From the human T2T-CHM13v2.0 reference genome, Homo sapiens: DNA of 64,000 nt. This document shows, in pieces, positions 54,204 through 64,000 of the stretch. The notes beneath the pieces are model-generated. The model saw nothing but the letters and a program-made list of their open reading frames with translations, ran no database searches and was not told the origin of the DNA. The number at the start of each line of letters is the position of its first letter. Position 1 is the stretch's first letter. A program made the translations under genes and the position numbers. The stretch lies in NCBI RefSeq assembly GCF_009914755.1, contig NC_060925.1. One strand, 5' to 3'.

Positions 54204-54388
54204 AGTACCACTTTAGACCGTGGGAAATACAAAATAAAAACCCCTGTTTCTAACTTAAAGAAAGAAGCAATGGAAAAATACTAGAGGGCATAGTGCAATG
54301 CTGGGCACTCACACAGAGCCAGGAATAGTGTCTGCTCCCACTGGCCAGACTGAAAAAACCTCATGATTCAGGTAGACAATCTGAAGGG

Positions 54389-55087
54389 TGTGAAAGGAAA
54401 ATAAACCTCGGGACCCCAAAATCACTAAGCCCAGGAAAAAGTCCAGCTGGGAACTATGTCAGGCAAACCTGCCTCCCACTTTATTCCTAAATAAGATAGC
54501 TGCAAAGATTTAAAAAAAAAAAAAAAGCTACATATCTCCTTCACAATTTGCGCACAAGGAAATTCCTTGTGGACCTCAAGATCTTTACCCAAAACAGTTC
54601 TGTTGAATTTCACCCTGGCAATGTAAATTGATAGCTCATCTTCATAGGTGGGACAGAAAGTCACCCTCTGCTCACCTGAGACAAAGGTATATCTGATTGC
54701 TTCCTCTGCCCTATTGTTAATGTAAAAATGCAGATTCACTGAGCCAGTCTATGTAAAAATGCAGATTCATTGAGCCAGTCTAAATTGTGTATTCTGTGAA
54801 AGGCTGAGCTAATTTAAAAGTGGGAATTGAGCTCATTCAAAAGAATGCAACCTTTTGTTTCTTATCTACCTAAGACCTGGAAGACCCCTCCCCCACCATG
54901 GCTGTCACAACTTCCAGACACATATTGATTGATGTCTCATATCTCCCTGAATGTATAAAAGCAAGCTATACCCCAACCACCTTGGGCACATGTTGTCAGG
55001 ACATCCTGAGGCTGTGTCACGGGTGCGTCCTTAAACTCAGCAATATAAGTTTTCTAAATTGATTGAGACAGATATGTTGGATTCACA
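54389..55087 (+). mobile_element. Solo ERV1 LTR, MER4A-like
   Basis: Begins TGTGAAAGGAAAATAAA..GGGACCCCAAAATCACTAAGC, ends ..TTCACA; near-TSD aaggg/aaggt. Confidence 0.75.
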
Positions 55088-55393
55088 AAGGTATTGCCCA
55101 AGTAGTGGAGAATGCTTAGCTCTGGGTGAAGCACTGTTCTGCCACTGCCTAACAAATCTTAAGGACAAGACCTAAAAGGATCAAATTGTTTCCTGGTAAC
55201 TTCACTGCATACCCCTTTTCTCCTAAAAGTACAAGGATATTTATAGGGATACAAAAATAGCTAGCACTAAACAAGGTAAAATTCACAATGCCTGGCATCC
55301 CATTACCAGGCATGCAAAGAAGTAGGAAAATACGACCCATAATGAGGGGAAAAAAATCCACTGAAACCCACCCAGTAGTGGCACAGATGTTAG

Positions 55394-55729
<336 letters not shown>

Positions 55730-56210
55730 TAAAATACTTACTATAACTGTGTTCTATATGTTCAAAAAGTTAAATAGAGACATGGAAAATACAAAAATAA
55801 TGAAATTGTTCTTCTAGAGATGAAAACTACAATGCCTGAGATGAAAATACACTGGATGGGACTAATGGCAGAGTAGAGGTTGTGGAAGAAAGGATTCGTG
55901 AACTTGAACACGTAACAAAATTAACAATCCAAAATTAAACACATGGAGAAATAAATAATATTAAAAATAAACAGAGAATCTCTGAGCTATAGGATAAATT
56001 CAGGCTTCCTCGTATATATGCAATTGGAGTCTCTGAAAAGCAGAGGGTGGGGAGGTCAGGAAAAATGTTTAAAGAAATGACTAAAAAAATTTTCAAATTT
56101 GAAGAAAACTACAAACTCACAGATCCTGAAAACTCAAGGAACCCCAAGCAGGAAAAAAATAAAAATGAAGAAAGAAAACCATACTATGGCCTATCATAAT
56201 CAAATTCTCA

Positions 56211-56681
<471 letters not shown>

Positions 56682-57240
56682 TCAGCCACATGTGAATTCT
56701 ATACCTCATTAAAAATATCTTTCAAAAATGAAGACAAAGTAAGGGCTTTTTAAAGATATGCAACATCTGAAAGAGTTCATTCTCAATCTACCTATACTAC
56801 AAGAAATGTTGAAGGACATCTTTCAGGCAGAAGGAAATGTTATGAGATGGAAATCTAGATCTACATAAAAGAAGAGAATAGGGAATTAGGTAACTACATG
56901 AGTACATATATAAGATTTTTTTCCTAATATTTAAATCTCTTTAAAAGAGAATTGACTGTTTAAACATAAATAACATAGTGTGAGATTTATAACATATATA
57001 TGTCATAAATTATATATATACTTATATGGACTGTTCATATTGATGTGAGCTTTGTGGCAGTTAAGATTCTAAAAGCAAGGAACAATTTGACTATATGCAA
57101 CAGTAATGTGAGGTCCAGGAAGGAAGAAATTGCAAGGAAGAAATTACAATGCTATATTGTAAAGTTCGTATACTATACAAGTAGTGATATAATATCACTT
57201 AAATGAGCTATTATTGTGATATGTTAAAAATATGTAGTAT

Positions 57241-57880
<640 letters not shown>

Positions 57881-57909
57881 TAATGTTATTTTTTCCCACA
57901 CCAGACTGT

Positions 57910-57911
<2 letters not shown>

Positions 57912-57948
<37 letters not shown>
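57912..57948. repeat. (TG)n microsatellite, about 18 units
   Basis: Direct sequence. Confidence 0.97.
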
Positions 57949-57951
<3 letters not shown>

Positions 57952-60900
57952 AACAATTTTTCGGCTCTTAGGTCTGTAGAGAGTTGACCCTCAGAACTTG
58001 TGAATACAAAACAACAGATTGTCTTCAGAGTTAAAAGGTGAGATCACCTCATCAGAGCAGAGCTATCCAAGTAAACAAATAAATGGAAAGACATTCAGGC
58101 CCAAATGAATTCACACGTCTAAGTTCACAGTGGTAAATGCTGTCAATGCACTTCCAAGCAATGTCCAAGGAGTAGGAAGCTGTAGTGTTACAAATTTCTG
58201 GTTCTAGTGTGGAGGAAGATTCTAATATTTTCCATCCCATTAGCCAGACCACCTATACTATGACAAGATAAACTCTGTGAAAGAATGGACTTTGTTTTGT
58301 TTATTTCTTCATTCCTACGGTCCACAGCAGTGCTGGCTGTATAGTGGGCACTCAATAAATATTCGTTGAATAAATGGTTCCAGAAGGCCATGACTAATAG
58401 CATGAATCCATTACACTGGAAGTATACATTATTGTTAACTATAGCTACCTACTCTGATATTGAACATTAGAGTTTATTCCCTTTGTCTAACTGGATGTTT
58501 GTACCTATTGACCAACCTCTCTTCATCTCCCTGCCCCACATACCTGTCTATAGGCTTTTTAAGTATGCTCCAGGCAACCTTCCCACTTTATACCTAGTCA
58601 CATCACTTTTTACTAATTTTGTACACAGAACCAAGGGCAAAATGCCAAATCCAAGTGAGGTACCTCCACAGTTTAACATTATGTTAAAAGGAACGTTTTC
58701 AGATGATCATACATTTTTCTCATCAAAATGAACTTTTTATTCCTAGTCCCCTTAAAAAGAGAATTGTATATTTAAAAATACATAACACTTACATAGGAAA
58801 GAACATTTTTATGCTTTATGGTACTCTGCTTTCCTGCAAACTGAATTAATGTCAGAATAATTTTAGACTGGAAGAGGAGGAAGAAGAGTTATAAACAGAA
58901 AGGGAGGGTCAGGGCTAATATGATCACCTGTCCTATCCCAGATATTGTGTAAGGCAGAATCTTCCTTGGACCTCCCAGGAATCCTGCCAAGTAAGTAGTA
59001 TTGCCCCCATTTTAGAGGTGAGGATAACAAGAGTCAGAGAGTTACCACAGCTGGTAACTATCAGAGCTGGGACTCCTACCCAAGTCTTTCTGACTCTACA
59101 TTTACTGTATTATATTTTCATACTACAACAGAAAGAATATGGTATTTTGCAATATTATGTGAGCTGGTATTTTCTCATTTTGTTTAAGAATAAATTATAA
59201 GTGGACAATTTTCTGACTTGTTCAAGGTGCTTCATCTAGAAATAAGTAGAAAGTATATTTTAAAGGTTGGAACTTTGTCTTCAGTTTTACAAGTTCCTTT
59301 TCTGCCACCATCAATACATTCTATTTCCTTTGTTGATCCTAAAACAAAATTAACAGGAGATGTCATACTGTAAATCCTCATGGATGTTGTTAGAGGAACA
59401 TTCAGTCAATAAAGGGTCTGTCTCATATTTCTACTACATTATGTTTGAATCCATTGGGAAGGCTGCCTATTTATTTCTTGTTTTCTCCCATTTTGAGTAA
59501 AAAAAAAAAATCACTGTATTTTTATTGAAAAAGGAAAGTATAATTGCAATATTAATCCATAAAAAGCTGGCATGTTAGCATTCATGCTAATTAGCTCAGA
59601 TTTGTAACATGCTTTCAAAGCAGGAAGTGTCATACAACTGCTCCTAATGTTATTATTATGTTATGATCCAAACTGTCAGCTAAATGATTGCCAGGGATTC
59701 AAAGAGTTTCCATTTTAAAAATACAATAGCTAGTGGGCAGGGAGGAAAACCACTTTATCTATATAGAGGTGAGATAATAGATGGATGCAGACATAAACTT
59801 ATGGGTTACACTTGGCAGGCATTGGGTATGGCTTGAATTGTTCCAGGAAAGCAAGCTGCATTTTATTTTCTTTTCCCTCCCCAATTCCCTGAAATCACAT
59901 AAGGTAGCTACTGAAAAAGCTGTTCTCAATATGTTGTAAGGAAAGTCTGCCAATGCACTTCTTACATTTTAATTACAGTAATGCTATATCCATCTGACAT
60001 TATCTGAAAGGGAAAGAAGGAATGCCAGCATTAATGAGCTCCTACTGTGTGCCAGGCATTTTACATACATTATTTCTTTCCAGCCAGACAACAGCCCTTT
60101 GAAGTAGATATTGTTATTTCCGTTTACAGATGTGGTAACCGAGGCTCAGAATAGTTAAGCAATTTACCCAAGGTAATGTAACTTATCATCTTTTCAATTA
60201 CATCATGCAGTCTTAGGTTAGGTACCAACAGCATCATTCAGACTTACACCTTTTCTTCTCAGCGACCCCAGTGGAAAAATTATACCTCTTTCCCAATAGC
60301 TCCAGGTGGATGGGTATGGTTGACCAGGCCTGGATCTCATGCCATTCCTGATGCCAGATGGACTCAGTTCCACGAGGGCCACCTGAAAAAAGAAGGAATG
60401 GTAGCTTCCTAAGCAAAATAAGAGGGCTATTTTCAGAGAGGAGAAAAGGATGTCAGGCAGGCAGAATGACAGATGCCCACTAGACTGTTCTGTGTTGTAT
60501 AATTCCCCTGTGTTCCCCCAAGCCTTTAGTGCAATCTATTAACCACTGCAGACTCATGTTAGTGTTACATCGGGCAAATTACTCAACCTCTTTAGACTTC
60601 TGATGGTTAAATGACCTATAAAATTATCTCTTCCAGGAGTAAAATTCTTTGATCATGTTTTTATTCATTTCACAGACATTTATTGAACATTGTTATAGGC
60701 AAAGCAGAAGAATGGGTGTGTGGGAATGCACATGGGTTTATATATGGTTGGCTGGTTAGTTAAGCATGAACTACCATCAAAATATACCCTCTGCCTGACA
60801 TCCCTACCACTTCCCCTACTCGCAGCCCATCCCCATTCACAGGGCTTCCTCCCTCCTGCTAAAAGTGCTGGTTCTGACTCAGCTCTGGCCTACTGTTGCC

Positions 60901-61150
60901 ATTCTGGAACTCTGGCTCAGAGTTGCTGGATCTTCTGAGTTTTTTAAGAGAAGTCAGAAATAAAGATTAATTTGTGAAAACCAGTTTAAATTTTTTAAAG
61001 ACATTGTTGAATCAAACAAACACTTAAATGGGCTACATCTGACCTGCAGTTTGTGCCGATTGGTCTGTGTCCTTCTCTCATTCCACAGGTAATGCTTCAG
61101 TGTTCTTATTTTCTGATAGATCTGTCTGGCCCACAGTTACCAGCTTCTTC

Positions 61151-61455
<305 letters not shown>

Positions 61456-61689
61456 ATGAGCTTCTTAAGGGCAGGGAACACTCCTCTGTTCATTGTATCC
61501 ACAGCACCTAGCACGACACACAGTAGGCACTTAATAATTGTTTGTTGAATGAGTGAAGGAATCAACTGGAAAGAATAAGGCCAGGATTTAAAAAATTAAA
61601 AACAGAAACCTTACTTTATAAACACACAATCAATGGATACTTTAGATGAGAAAAACTATGGATAGATAAGATTTTAAAAGCAACTGACA

Positions 61690-62430
61690 GCTTACACCCA
61701 TTAGAATGGCTACTCTCAAAAAAACCAAAAAAAAAAAAACAAGTGTTGGATAGACTGTGAAGAGATTACAACTTTTGTGCATTAGTGGCAATATAAAATA
61801 ATGCAGCTACTATGGAAAATAGTATCGTGGTTCCTCAAAAAAATTAAAAATAGAATTACCATATAATCCAGCAATTCCACTTCTGGGTATATGTCCAAAA
61901 AATTGAAAGCAAGAACTTAAAGAGATATTTGTGCACCAGTGTTCACAGCAGCATTATTCACAATAGCCAAAAGGTGGAAGCAATCCAATTATCTCTTAAT
62001 GGATGAAGGGATAAACAAAATGTGGCATATACATACAATGGAATATTATTTAGTCTTAAAAGGAAAGGGAATTCTGACATATGCTTCAATGTGAATAAAC
62101 CCTGAGAACATTGTGCTAAGTGAAACAGCACAATCACAAAAGGACAAGTAACGTGTGGTTCCACTTATATAAGCTACCTAGTGTTGTCAAACTCCTAGAG
62201 ACAGAAAACAGAATTATGGTTCAGGGGCAGGAGTAGAGAGAAATGGGGAGTTAGTTTTAATGGTTACAGAGCTTCAGTTTTGTAAGATGAAAAGAATCCT
62301 GTGGATGATGGTGATGGTAGCATAACAATGTGACTGTGCTTAATGCCGCTGAACTGTATACTTAAAATGGATAAAGCTGATACATTTTATGTTATGGCTA
62401 TTTTATCATAATTAAAAACAAGTAAAAATA
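61690..62430 (+). mobile_element. L1MA/L1MB 3' fragment
   Basis: Typical L1 3' motifs cacccattagaatggctact, atccagcaattccacttctggg, cagcattattcacaatagccaaaaggtggaagcaa. Confidence 0.85.
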
Positions 62431-63439
62431 AAGACAAGAAATTGGAGCATGATTTTGATAAAAATACAAAACCTCACAGAGAAGGGGAAAATTGTTAACA
62501 TAAATAGAGTCCCAAAGCCCCTTCCCATTAATGAGGGAGAGATCTATGAAGTTCTAGTGCCTGTTTAGAGTCTCTACTTTTGGGGGAAATGAAGGGCGAC
62601 AGAAGGCAAATAACTAAGTTTAGGAAAACAGCTCATTCTGTATTGATTCTAAAGGACTTTTGAAGAATATAAACCTGTGCTGTCTCCCATTTCTATAGCT
62701 CATGCATGGTAGAATATATGCATACACACACACAAAAAGAATGCATGAGCACAAAACCTAGTCTAGCCCTTCTCTTTATTGTCTAGGTAGTTCCCTTTCT
62801 GCAAGAAAAGTCAGCTTTAGAGTAGTCTCCTCACTTAATATCTTTCTAACGAGCCACACCCTCCCTCCTCTGTGACCCTACAGCCACTGTGCATGCTTGT
62901 GTTAGAGTGCTCATCTCTCTGAATATCGTCTGTGGCCCTGCCTGAGTCCACACTTGCCTAGGAGCTCCTTGAAAACAAAGACTATGTCTAAATTATTCAT
63001 GCTGGCCCTTTGTAGGTGCCCAATCAGTGTTTGGGGAATGGATGACTGACACACCATCTACATTATGAAGCACATTGTTACCTCCAGAGCGTCAAGATAC
63101 TCAATTCAATTTTGTAAGTGTTTATTGAGCACCCACTATGTGCCAGACACTGTTCTGGAAGTTTGGGATAAACCAATGAATAAAAATCACAATGTTTCCT
63201 ACCGTGGTGGAGCTCACATTCCTAGCAGAGGGGAAAGAAAATAAAAAAGAGACATAATAATTTAATTATACATTTATTAGAGGTGATTGAGTGCCAGAAA
63301 AAAAAAAAAGAAAGAAAAGGAACAGGCTAAGGAGAGAAGGAGTTTATGGTGGTTGAGGGCTATAGGTTCTAAATAGGGAATTCAGGGTAGGCCTTATTGG
63401 AAAGGTGACATAAGGTCAGCCTTGAAAAGGTGAAAGAGT

Positions 63440-64000
<561 letters not shown>

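Overview
Human-like (primate) genomic DNA containing the complete 20-exon MYSM1 gene (Myb-like, SWIRM and MPN domains 1; a JAMM/MPN+ histone H2A deubiquitinase) on the minus strand. The ATG is at 50022 in a CpG-island promoter and the stop codon at 9922. I placed every exon boundary by hand from GT/AG signals; the exons sum to 2487 nt (828 aa plus stop) with no frameshift. A 3'UTR of about 5.3 kb runs to tandem AATAAA signals at about 4658-4677. The rest is intronic or intergenic and rich in repeats: about 29 Alus, a solo LTR7/HERV-H LTR, a MER4A-type LTR, another solo LTR, MER30/MER33/MER58 DNA transposons, and L1/L2/MIR/CR1 relics. Nearly all other entries in the ORF track are Alu-derived or chance ORFs. 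I found no convincing new multi-gene system. The most notable signals are regulatory: a U12-type intron 3 next to frame-preserving exon 4 and a 24-nt micro-exon 5, with a second U12-like branch motif in intron 4; a stop codon plus intronic AATAAA just after exon 8; NAGNAG acceptors; inverted Alus around exon 8; a strong CTCF motif downstream of the gene; a BANP/YY1-type promoter; and an LTR7 about 3.7 kb upstream. Repeat family and subfamily names come from remembered consensus sequences and repeat edges are approximate.
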